From positions 352,001 to 416,000 of the forward strand of contig CAXXUO010000003.1 of the NCBI GenBank assembly GCA_963666485.2: a DNA stretch of 64,000 nt, read 5' to 3'. Under the pieces are notes generated by a model that worked only from the letters and a program-made list of their open reading frames with translations, did not search any database and was not told the DNA's origin. The position numbers and the translations under genes are program-made. Shown in pieces: positions 38,877 through 47,492 of this stretch; positions within the stretch are counted from its first letter, which is position 1, and every line of letters begins with the position of its first letter. Source of the stretch: Syntrophorhabdaceae bacterium (GTDB taxonomy: Bacteria; Desulfobacterota; Syntrophorhabdia; Syntrophorhabdales; Syntrophorhabdaceae).

Positions 38877-39904
38877 TGGACCTCGGTGCAGTTATAAGTG
38901 CCGACCCCTCGATCCTGCACGCCCTCGGCGACCTTACGGAAAAACCCTCACCCGAGCTGCCTGTCATTGAAGCGAAGGTCAAACTGACCTGGCGCTGCAA
39001 CCTGTCCTGCATTTTCTGCAGCATGCCGGAACCCCGGCTGACCATGGACCGTGAAACCGCGCTGTCGCTCGGCCGCGACCTTTCTGCGCAAGGCCTGAGG
39101 AAGGTGCACTTTTCCGGCGGCGAAATACTGACGCACCCCGACTGTTTCGATATCCTCTCCGGCTGGGCCGGGCTCGGCATGCAGGTCAACCTGACCAGTA
39201 ACGGATCACTCATAGGCAAGGAAGAGGTAAAACGACTTGAAGAAGCCGGAGTTCACAGTATCTCCCTGTCGATCGATTCAGCAGACCGCAAGGTGCACGA
39301 CAAGCTTCGCGGATGGAAGGGGTCACATAAAGCGGTTATGCGCGCCGCCCAACGCTTGGCGTCGAGGGGACGCATCAAACTGCGGATCAACACGGTGGTC
39401 ACGTCCCTCAACATTGCCGGGCTGCCGGGTTTGCGCGACATTGTCCGCAGTCTGGGGTCCGGCATTTCCTGGAAACTTATCCCCGTTGACCCGGTACGTC
39501 CGGGCCTTTTACCCTCACCTGACATTCTCGGGAAAATGGCAGCCGCGGTACGCGACTGGACGGAACTTGAGGATGCTGTGCCGTTTGGCGCAACGGCGGA
39601 AGACTTCAGGCAGGTGTCGGCCGGACAGCATGGCTTTCGCCCGGAGAGGTGCTACGTCCCCTGGTTCAACCTCTTCTTCGCCCCTGATGGCGCCTGCTAT
39701 CCCTGCTGCATGGCGCGCGGCAGCATGGTCGCGCTCGGCGTATACCCCGCGAACACGGTACGTGAGATCGTAACGGGCCCGAAGATGACGGCCTTCAGGA
39801 GGCTCGTCGCCTCAGGAATAAGGCATGAAGCCTGTGCCCGCTGTGACGATTTCCTGAAGGAGAACAGGATAATCTCAGGCCTTATTTCCGGCCGGAAGGC
39901 GTAA
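38876..39904 (+). CDS. Radical SAM protein with SPASM/Twitch domain
   Basis: CNLSCIFC, SGGE, TSNG; C-terminal CYVPW...DGACYPCC...CARC. Confidence 0.93.
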   Translation: MDLGAVISADPSILHALGDLTEKPSPELPVIEAKVKLTWRCNLSCIFCSMPEPRLTMDRETALSLGRDLSAQGLRKVHFSGGEILTHPDCFDILSGWAGLGMQVNLTSNGSLIGKEEVKRLEEAGVHSISLSIDSADRKVHDKLRGWKGSHKAVMRAAQRLASRGRIKLRINTVVTSLNIAGLPGLRDIVRSLGSGISWKLIPVDPVRPGLLPSPDILGKMAAAVRDWTELEDAVPFGATAEDFRQVSAGQHGFRPERCYVPWFNLFFAPDGACYPCCMARGSMVALGVYPANTVREIVTGPKMTAFRRLVASGIRHEACARCDDFLKENRIISGLISGRKA

Positions 39905-39907
39905 GAC

Positions 39908-40801
39908 ATGATACTCTATTACGCCCTGGGAGGTGGACTCGGGCATCTTACCCGTTCACTCGTCCTCATAGAACATGCGCCGGAACGCTTAAGGTCGAAG
40001 ATACGCATTCTCGTTTCCAGTAAGAGCGCCGGTGCGGCTGAGCGGAGTTTCCCCTGCCCTGTCGACCGGGTCCCGGACGCGGCAATGGCGGACCCCGCCG
40101 GTTATGAGAGATTTCTTGCCGGGCATTTTGAAAAACACCACTTCCAATGCGTCGTGATGGACACCTTTCCTTTTGGCCTTCTCGGCGAAATGAAATATAG
40201 ATTGCCGCACATTCCCCGTGTACTGATCGGGAGGTACCTTCGATGGGACGCATATCGCGAGGCCTGCGGCACGATTACCGATGCAAGCTGGCCGGAGGAC
40301 GCGGTCGTGATCGAAGACCAGGATGACCTCTATGACCGGGAACTGAAGAAGCATTGTTTCGTGACCATGGCCCGTTCACCGCTCTCTGCAGTAAGGGCCC
40401 GCGACATACCGGATGCGCCTTTGAAACCCGCCTGCTGTGTCGTGCACAGCGGGATTGGTGCGGAGCTTGCCCTTCTCGTGGACAGCGCGCGAAGGATCAT
40501 GGCAGAGAAAGGCATTCCGGGCACTCCGCACGTTTTCACACCGGATAATGCACTCTTCCCGATGGAACGGTACCTTTCAGGCTTCAGCGATATCGTGACG
40601 GGGGCCGGCTATGCGAGTTCGGCAGCAGCTGTCTCGCTTGGGGGGCGCATACGGTACCACCTGACCTCTTTCGAAAGAAAATTCGATGACCAGGGCCTGA
40701 GGCTGCAGCGCTTGAAAAATGGTACATGGCCCGGCGGCGGTAGCGGTGATCCTTCACGGACGGCCCGGGTGCTCTGGGACCTCGTAGAGATCCATGCCTG
40801 A
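39908..40801 (+). CDS. Divergent GT-B fold (GT28-like) protein
   Basis: YALGGGLGHLTR, DTFPFG, GAGY and RKFDDQ motifs. Confidence 0.75.
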   Translation: MILYYALGGGLGHLTRSLVLIEHAPERLRSKIRILVSSKSAGAAERSFPCPVDRVPDAAMADPAGYERFLAGHFEKHHFQCVVMDTFPFGLLGEMKYRLPHIPRVLIGRYLRWDAYREACGTITDASWPEDAVVIEDQDDLYDRELKKHCFVTMARSPLSAVRARDIPDAPLKPACCVVHSGIGAELALLVDSARRIMAEKGIPGTPHVFTPDNALFPMERYLSGFSDIVTGAGYASSAAAVSLGGRIRYHLTSFERKFDDQGLRLQRLKNGTWPGGGSGDPSRTARVLWDLVEIHA

Positions 40802-40820
40802 CGCAATTCTGTTTGCGACA

Positions 40821-41777
40821 TCATAAACGGTGCAGTACCGGAACGATATCTTTCCTGAACCAGTCGACCTGTTTTTCGAGACCGGTATAAAGATCCACCG
40901 AGGGTTCAAATCCCAGGACGGTGCGCGCCTTATCGATATGCGCCCGTGTCCTGATCTGGTCCCCTGCCCTGTCGGCGACCTCGTTCAATGCTATATCGGA
41001 CCCCGTCAACTCTTCGATCATCCGGATACCCTCCTCCGTAGAGACGGCCCTGTCGGAACCTATGTTGAAGATCTCCCCGACACAGGCGCTCAGGTTCCCG
41101 AGGATGAGAAACAGCCCGCGGACGGCGTCGCCGACATATGTGTAACTGCGCTCGTGTGCGTGGCTGGAATGAAAAAGGTTGAACGGCTTCGATTCGAGTG
41201 CGCAGCGGATAAGCTGGAAATAAAGCTTGTCCGGACGCTCGCGCGGCCCGTAGACGGAGAAAAGCCGTGCGGAGCAGCCGGGGAACCCGTTCTTTCGCGT
41301 CTCGGCCAGCACGATCTGTTCCGAGGCGAGCTTTGTAACGCCATACAGCGAAACCGGTTTTGCTTCGGTTGTTTCCGGGCCGGACGCATAAGCTCCGTAT
41401 ACCGAGGATGACGAGATATAGACAAAGCCTCTGAGATTCTTGAGGCGCCGCGCGCAACTGACGAGGTTGTAGGTGGCCAGCACATTGTCTTTCCAATACT
41501 CCGCGATCGGGACACGGGCCGAGATGCTGGGCTGTGCGGCGCAGTGAAAAATAACGTCGACATCGTGAATAAGAGGAGACAGATCGGAATACGCGAGGTC
41601 TACCCGGTGAACGGGTATGCCTTTCCCCATGAGGATTTTCAGATTTGTTTCTTTAAGAAGGGCCGGGTAAAAGTCCGTCAGGCAATCGATACCCACGACA
41701 TCATGGCCGGGCTCCCGAAGGTGTTCTGCCAGGTGGGAGCCGATAAAGCCGGCGGCCCCGGTGACAAGAATTTTCAC
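40821..41777 (-). CDS. NAD-dependent nucleotide-sugar epimerase/dehydratase
   Basis: TGAAGFIG, SSSSVYG, YGVTK and VYGPRERPD motifs. Confidence 0.92.
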   Translation of the reverse strand: MKILVTGAAGFIGSHLAEHLREPGHDVVGIDCLTDFYPALLKETNLKILMGKGIPVHRVDLAYSDLSPLIHDVDVIFHCAAQPSISARVPIAEYWKDNVLATYNLVSCARRLKNLRGFVYISSSSVYGAYASGPETTEAKPVSLYGVTKLASEQIVLAETRKNGFPGCSARLFSVYGPRERPDKLYFQLIRCALESKPFNLFHSSHAHERSYTYVGDAVRGLFLILGNLSACVGEIFNIGSDRAVSTEEGIRMIEELTGSDIALNEVADRAGDQIRTRAHIDKARTVLGFEPSVDLYTGLEKQVDWFRKDIVPVLHRL

Positions 41778-41805
41778 GGGACAATACGCTGCGCAGTGCT
41801 CGCAG

Positions 41806-42021
41806 TTACCCTTCGAGGATAAATATCACGTCCAGCGTCACCCTGAATTTAAGGATAGCGCCTTCCGCAACGTCCGCGTACTGCTCCTTGACCCTCAGGC
41901 CGGTTATGCCCCTCAATGTTTTCGAGGCCCTTTTGAAACCGGTCATTATGGCGTCTTCAAAACTTTCCGTCGACTCGGCCACTATTTCCGTCACCCGCGC
42001 AACCCTGCCCTCGTAATGCAT
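41806..42021 (-). CDS. Dodecin family flavin-binding protein
   Basis: VTEIVAESTESFEDAI...RASKTLRGI...FRVTLDVIF. Confidence 0.9.
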   Translation of the reverse strand: MHYEGRVARVTEIVAESTESFEDAIMTGFKRASKTLRGITGLRVKEQYADVAEGAILKFRVTLDVIFILEG

Positions 42022-42038
42022 GTACCCTCCTTACAGGA

Positions 42039-42473
42039 CTACTTTTTAGAGTCCTTTAATTTCGTATAAACATCGTCGAGCCGCTGCTGATCGACCGGAT
42101 AAAAGAAATCATCCAGTCTTATATGATCGAGCGAATCGAGCATCTGGCGCCATTGAACCGGATCTTCACCCACATCAAACTCCCGGAGTATCTCAATACC
42201 TTTTGCATAAGCCCCCGGTGATGTTTCCTGCAATGGAATAATGATCTCCTCGAGCAGAGTGGCCGCCACACCCCTCGGGCCTATAAGCTCGATGACGGAT
42301 GCGTAGAGCTCGAGATCACGTCCCCATCGTTTGCCGTTCAATTTAAGAAAGGTCTCGGCATCCGGGTCAGGGTCCGTCCTGTCCCATTCCTCTGCCCGTA
42401 CCACCTTAAGGCGCGGGTCTACTCCGGCAAGCGACTCAAAAAGGGTCCTTATTGCGTTTTCACTAACCTCCAT
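42039..42473 (-). CDS. Hypothetical acidic protein
   Basis: 144-aa ORF with AAGGAG RBS, co-oriented with dodecin. Confidence 0.7.
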   Translation of the reverse strand: MEVSENAIRTLFESLAGVDPRLKVVRAEEWDRTDPDPDAETFLKLNGKRWGRDLELYASVIELIGPRGVAATLLEEIIIPLQETSPGAYAKGIEILREFDVGEDPVQWRQMLDSLDHIRLDDFFYPVDQQRLDDVYTKLKDSKK

Positions 42474-42528
42474 TGCAAGCTCCTTTGGGATCTTAGATTA
42501 AGATAATTACTCCATTATCACAGAAGTG

Positions 42529-42939
42529 TCAACCTGTGATGCCGGATATTATCTCGAGAATAGCCGTGCTTGAACTTCCTTCTAAATAATGATGCAGATC
42601 TTCAGGACGTACCCAACGGACCTCGTCATGGGCGTTGAGCGTCAAACCGTCAGACGCCAGCCTCGCGAGGTAAGCCGAAAGCCTGACCGTATAGTCAGGG
42701 GTATACTGGTGATCATAGGTGCAGAGGTATTTCACCACCTTCGCATCGACATTGAATTCTTCCTGCAATTCCCGAACGAGGCACTGCTCAAACGTCTCGC
42801 CGTCTTCCACAGTGCCTCCCGGGAATTCCCACACCCCCGCGTGGAATTTGCCCTTTTTTCTTTTACCTAGAAGGATATCTCCATTCTTCTCAATTACTGC
42901 TACTGCCACGATCTTTGGGTTTGGTTTTTTTATGCGCAT
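42529..42939 (-). CDS. NUDIX hydrolase, MutT-like
   Basis: WEFPGGTVEDGETFEQCLVRELQEE Nudix box. Confidence 0.9.
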   Translation of the reverse strand: MRIKKPNPKIVAVAVIEKNGDILLGKRKKGKFHAGVWEFPGGTVEDGETFEQCLVRELQEEFNVDAKVVKYLCTYDHQYTPDYTVRLSAYLARLASDGLTLNAHDEVRWVRPEDLHHYLEGSSSTAILEIISGITG

Positions 42940-43297
42940 GACCATAATGGTATATTGGGTAGTATTAGTTATTATTGTTACCATATAGTGATTATAAAAC
43001 CAAGACATTTTATATTCTATCCTCCGTAGTATTTTCTCGAAACGCTGGTCTATTGCAATAAGACCCCGCTGTTACCTTGCGTTCTACGGCGAAGTCCCTT
43101 TATAAAAATTGCTTGCTTTAAATAAGTTATGTATGGTAATTATTGGTCAGTATTAGTAACGATTGGTTTGTTGTTAAATGTTTTTAATATAATCTGTTTG
43201 TTTTGGAAATTACTTATGCTATATTGGTTACAATTAATATTTATTAATATCTTTGTGAATTGAATAACATAGTTGAATTACGCATAAGGAGGTATTA

Positions 43298-44629
43298 ATG
43301 AAGAGGCTGTTCTTATTCATGCTGGCTATTTGCCTCACGCTTCCGGCACTCGCCAATGGGGGCACCGTAGAGAGCCGATACGACGTTACATTCGGCGGCT
43401 TTGTCAAGTATGACCTGGGGTGGAACTCCCAGAATTATCACGCAGACCCGGTTGTTGCTGCAAGGTCGAGTACAGACGCCAAATCCGTCCTTGCCGATGA
43501 TTATAGCAACACGTTTCAGTCGGGCGCAGAGACGCGCCTGAATTTCCTTGTAAAAGGTCCGGAATTGTGGGGCGCTAAGACATCCGCCTTTGTTGAAGGT
43601 GATTTTAGAGGCGTCACAACGGGTAATGCATACGGCGGCTTTATGCTCCGCCACGCCTTTATGACCCTGAAATGGGATTCGGCCGAACTCATGATCGGTC
43701 AGAACTGGCAGCAGTGGGGAATGCCCTATTACGGCGCCTGGATCGGGACGAGCAACTACACACAGTTCCTGCGCGGGATCCGGACACCCCAGATAGCTTT
43801 CCGGTATTTCTTTAATAAAGAATTCAACGCCATGATCGGTATCACCTCTGCGGCGGAGTGGTCCGGTACGGGCACATTTCCCTATGTCCAACAGTACAAT
43901 GATGACTATGCGCGCAGTAACTGGCCCGGTTTTATGGGCGAGATCGCGTTCTGGAGCGACCGCTGCGGCAAGATCGGGGCAAACAACCTGAAGTTCGGAC
44001 TCGGCGCGTACTACGGAAAGCAGAAGAAGATATACGATACGGTCACGGGAACAGGTGCGGCAACTCTTGTTACATCGACTGCCGGGACATACAAAGACGA
44101 TACCATCAACGCATGGATAGCCGCTTTCAGGTACAGCGTACCGATCATACCGGAGAAACAGGGCAACAAGGCTACGGCCCTTCTTCTCAATGGCAATTTC
44201 TTTATCGGCCAGAACGTGCAGGAAAACGGTTGGATGGGGCTCACGAACAATGTCAGCCAGGGTTCTTTCTGGGGACCGAACAACGAGGCGTCTGCACCGA
44301 CAATGTTCGGGCTTTTCTCCCAGCTATCCTTCTGGTTCACCGACAAGCTTTCGATCAACGGCCTTTATGGATACCTGAAATATAATTACAGTTCATGGGG
44401 CCGTGGAGCAGCTGCTGACGCAGGGGCCCAAGCCCGGCGTGACCTTCCGAATATGATCCAGCAGTATGGTGCAACACTGCTCTGGGATGCCACCCAGGCA
44501 ATCAGGTTTGGACTTGAATGGACGAACATATTTACCTCTTATAATGGAAACGGTCCGGCTCCCGCACCCTATGCAGGTCGAAGCGGAACCCTCGAACAGT
44601 ACAGGGTCGCAGCCTTTTATTTTTTCTAG
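43298..44629 (+). CDS. DcaP-like outer membrane porin
   Basis: Signal peptide, GGFVKYD, ETRL, FVEGDF, LRHAF, GQNW and terminal YFF; AAGGAGG RBS. Confidence 0.82.
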   Translation: MKRLFLFMLAICLTLPALANGGTVESRYDVTFGGFVKYDLGWNSQNYHADPVVAARSSTDAKSVLADDYSNTFQSGAETRLNFLVKGPELWGAKTSAFVEGDFRGVTTGNAYGGFMLRHAFMTLKWDSAELMIGQNWQQWGMPYYGAWIGTSNYTQFLRGIRTPQIAFRYFFNKEFNAMIGITSAAEWSGTGTFPYVQQYNDDYARSNWPGFMGEIAFWSDRCGKIGANNLKFGLGAYYGKQKKIYDTVTGTGAATLVTSTAGTYKDDTINAWIAAFRYSVPIIPEKQGNKATALLLNGNFFIGQNVQENGWMGLTNNVSQGSFWGPNNEASAPTMFGLFSQLSFWFTDKLSINGLYGYLKYNYSSWGRGAAADAGAQARRDLPNMIQQYGATLLWDATQAIRFGLEWTNIFTSYNGNGPAPAPYAGRSGTLEQYRVAAFYFF

Positions 44630-44655
44630 AAGGACCCGTTATGTCATATGTTCAC

Positions 44656-44684
44656 AAAGGGGACCTTTAAGGTCCCCTTTCTTC
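44656..44684 (+). terminator. Intrinsic terminator
   Basis: AAAGGGGACCTT-T-AAGGTCCCCTTT-CTT. Confidence 0.8.
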
Positions 44685-44764
44685 TACCAGAGATCATTAC
44701 GATGAATTGTTATTTCAGATTCAGACACCTACAACTTATGACCTGTCACCCATAACCCCATTTT

Positions 44765-45493
44765 ATGAAAATATATATTGGCTTCGACGATACAGACACA
44801 ATTGATGCCGATCGCGGCACGGGTAAGCTCGCACGATGGTTTGAGGAAGTACTTCCCGAAGGCTGCCGCATGTGGGGTGTCGTACGGCAGCAGCTTCTCG
44901 TCGATCCCGCTATTCCCTATACATCACATAACAGCTCTGCATGCGCCGTGGTGGATTGTATTGATAAAGATTTTCTGTCTTTCCTTATTGAAGAGGCCGC
45001 GCGCCATATAGAGAAATGTTCCCTTCCAGGAAGTGATCCGGGGCTTTGCGTCATTCCGGAAAACTCCGATGTCATTCCGGCACTCATCAATTTTGGCCTT
45101 GCCTGCACCCGCAGCATAGTGACGCAGCAGGACGCTATGGACGCCGCCCGGCCCGGTGCCCACCTCTCAGGCCACGGTGGCACATCTGACGGCATTATCG
45201 GGGCCGCCGCGGCTGTTGGATTGACGGCATATGGATGGAGTGGTAGACTTATCGGGTACCAACGCTTGAGGGACTTCCCGCGCATGGTATCTGTAGCCGA
45301 CCTGGGAAAGGCCGGGATACTTGTTATATCCACCGACAGGGATGCCCGGTTGCCCGCGCCCGACGACATGATCGATACGTCAGGCTGGTTGAGGCCGAGG
45401 CTCCTGGGCGGCAGGCCCGTATTGCCCGTTATTGAAAAGGGGCAGCATCTCTGGGAATCCCCTGGCAGGAAAAGAGGCAGGAAGACACATTAA
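44765..45493 (+). CDS. DDTD-motif protein (stand-alone TiaS N-terminal-like domain)
   Basis: IGFDDTD, GTG, IPYTSHNS, SDPGLCV and GIIGAAAAVG motifs. Confidence 0.75.
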   Translation: MKIYIGFDDTDTIDADRGTGKLARWFEEVLPEGCRMWGVVRQQLLVDPAIPYTSHNSSACAVVDCIDKDFLSFLIEEAARHIEKCSLPGSDPGLCVIPENSDVIPALINFGLACTRSIVTQQDAMDAARPGAHLSGHGGTSDGIIGAAAAVGLTAYGWSGRLIGYQRLRDFPRMVSVADLGKAGILVISTDRDARLPAPDDMIDTSGWLRPRLLGGRPVLPVIEKGQHLWESPGRKRGRKTH

Positions 45494-45504
45494 GGGGGCA
45501 GGAC

Positions 45505-45729
45505 ATGGCCGGAAAAATTTTTTACCGGGAAAGGCAGAAGGCCGCCGAAGGAAAAAAACAGCCGCGCTTTCAGCTTGTCGGGGTAGCCGATGTCAATCTG
45601 AAAGTTTATGGCAAACATCTCCGGAAAAGCGAGCTCGAGCAGATCGCAGCCGCCGTGGGTGCCGAACTCATACTCCTGACGCATGGTGACAAGAGATCGA
45701 AAGATGACGATGTCGAGGTAAAGGACTGA
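45505..45729 (+). CDS. Small hypothetical protein
   Basis: 74-aa ORF with an RBS, lying between co-oriented genes. Confidence 0.7.
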   Translation: MAGKIFYRERQKAAEGKKQPRFQLVGVADVNLKVYGKHLRKSELEQIAAAVGAELILLTHGDKRSKDDDVEVKD

Positions 45730-45769
45730 TCATCTTTCCGGTTTTGCAGAATAAGAGGTAGCGCGAGAG

Positions 45770-46600
45770 ATGACATTGATCCGCGAACGCGACGGCAAAC
45801 GCCTGCACGTAAAGAGCAAGCTCATGGGGGAGAGCCTCGTAAGCAGATCGTTTATTGATGATCTGCCGATCGCCCCCCAGAAGAAACTATTCCCGGACGT
45901 GAACATCCTCAAGATTGGGGGGCAGTCGATCTGCGACCGCGGTATCAAGGCGCTCCCTGCCATTATAGATGAGATAGCCGCAAACAAGAACGACCATAAG
46001 ATGCTGATAACGACCGGCGGAGGGACCAGGAGCCGCCACATATACAGCATTGGCCTGGAACTCGGCATGCCGACGGGTGTCCTGGCCAAGTTCGGGAACT
46101 CGATCTCCGAGCAGAACGCCCTCCTCGTAAGCATGCTGCTCGCCCCTTTCGGCGGTATAAAGATCGGTCATGACGAGATCGTCAAGCTCACCAGCTACTT
46201 TGTCCAGGGATGCATCCCGGTCATGCACGGCATGCCGCCCTATGATTATTTCGCCATTCCCCCGGCCAAAGGACGTATCCCGCTTCATCGCACCGATGTC
46301 GGAACTATCATCATGGCCGACCTGATCGGGGCCAGGAAATGCATTTTTATAAAGGATGAAAAGGGGCTCTACACGGGTGATCCCAAGAAAAACGCTGAAG
46401 AGCAATTCATTGCCGAAATAGGGGCGAAGACACTGATGGACAGAGACCTCGATGACCTCATCATCGAGAGGCCCTGCCTGGAGATCCTGCAAAATAGCGA
46501 AGTACTGGAGAATATCATCATCATCAACGGCCTCGAACCGGGAAACATCACGCGTGTCCTGAACGGCGAAGATGTAGGCACGATAGTGTACAAAGAATAA
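45770..46600 (+). CDS. Molybdenum storage protein (MosA/MosB)-like, amino-acid kinase fold
   Basis: KIGGQSICDRG, TGGGTRSRHIYSIG, EQNA, GMPPY, RIPLHRTD, KDEKGLYTGDP and INGL motifs resemble Azotobacter Mos subunits. Confidence 0.82.
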   Translation: MTLIRERDGKRLHVKSKLMGESLVSRSFIDDLPIAPQKKLFPDVNILKIGGQSICDRGIKALPAIIDEIAANKNDHKMLITTGGGTRSRHIYSIGLELGMPTGVLAKFGNSISEQNALLVSMLLAPFGGIKIGHDEIVKLTSYFVQGCIPVMHGMPPYDYFAIPPAKGRIPLHRTDVGTIIMADLIGARKCIFIKDEKGLYTGDPKKNAEEQFIAEIGAKTLMDRDLDDLIIERPCLEILQNSEVLENIIIINGLEPGNITRVLNGEDVGTIVYKE

Positions 46601-46605
46601 AAAGC

Positions 46606-46670
46606 GGTTCCAGGTTCCACGTTCCAGGTTCCACGCTAAAAACGAGATGTCGTAACCTGACCTGGAACCT
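46606..46670. repeat. Heptamer-repeat hairpin (GTTCCAS / CTGGAAC)
   Basis: GGTTCCAGGTTCCACGTTCCAGGTTCCACG ... ACCTGACCTGGAACC between convergent genes. Confidence 0.72.
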
Positions 46671-46673
46671 TCC

Positions 46674-47291
46674 TTAATTCATTTCGGGCAGACTGAAGTT
46701 CATTGAAAGGAATATCGTAACCATCTTCCCTATCGTCGCATCGAGCTCGTCGACTCCGATATCGATCCCGGTGTTGATCATCAGTTCATAGTGTATAAAT
46801 ATCATCTGTGCGAACGACCTGTGCCACTCGACGACCGATGGGGGTGCGTGCGTACCGAGTTCTTTCCAGTACTGGACCCCGATCTTCACAAGACCTGCCG
46901 CGTTCTCCTCACCATAAGGCTCAAAAAGCACCTCCCCTATCTTAGCCGACATGCGCGCGATGTCCATCACATTACCCTCTTCCTCGAGGCGCGGGATCAC
47001 CGTGGTGAAAAACCATATGGCACAGACAAAGGTAAGCAGCCTGTCTTTCGGGAAAGTCCCGTTCGTCCTGTCGGGATCGTTGAGGGCCATCAAAGGCGGC
47101 AGCAGGAGACACAATACATCGGCGACAATTGCCGTGTCTACAACATCCTCCAGCGAATCCCCGGCATCAAGCGTGAATCCGTAGGCGCGCTCGATCGCCT
47201 CTATATTCTGCGGCGCCACGGCGGTCAATGCACGTGTAAGCGGTCTCCCGGAAAGGTCATAATATCCCACCCTGTCCCTCCAGTCTTTCAT
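46674..47291 (-). CDS. Hypothetical protein
   Basis: 205-aa ORF with AAGGAGGAG RBS. Confidence 0.7.
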   Translation of the reverse strand: MKDWRDRVGYYDLSGRPLTRALTAVAPQNIEAIERAYGFTLDAGDSLEDVVDTAIVADVLCLLLPPLMALNDPDRTNGTFPKDRLLTFVCAIWFFTTVIPRLEEEGNVMDIARMSAKIGEVLFEPYGEENAAGLVKIGVQYWKELGTHAPPSVVEWHRSFAQMIFIHYELMINTGIDIGVDELDATIGKMVTIFLSMNFSLPEMN

Positions 47292-47419
47292 GTACTCCTC
47301 CTTGCCTTAAGACGACCTTTCATAAGAAACGTAAAAGCATAAATTTTAATGTTTAACGATAAGCAATTTTTGTGAGCGCTTCACGAAACCACCGAACGGG
47401 TGAAAGAAGGGTGAAAACC

Positions 47420-47489
47420 GGTTCAACGTTCAACGGGGCGTCCTGACTCAAGCGCCCGCATTGAACGTTGAACTTTGAACCTTGAACGT
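47420..47489. repeat. Heptamer-repeat hairpin (GTTCAAC / TTGAACN)
   Basis: GGTTCAACGTTCAACGGGGCG...CGCCCGCATTGAACGTTGAACTTTGAACCTTGAACG. Confidence 0.75.
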
Positions 47490-47492
47490 CTT

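Noticed and set aside
45770..46600. pyrH (UMP kinase)
   Set aside because: Lacks the KLSGE and GGGN motifs and the tsf/frr context; the motifs fit Mos proteins better.
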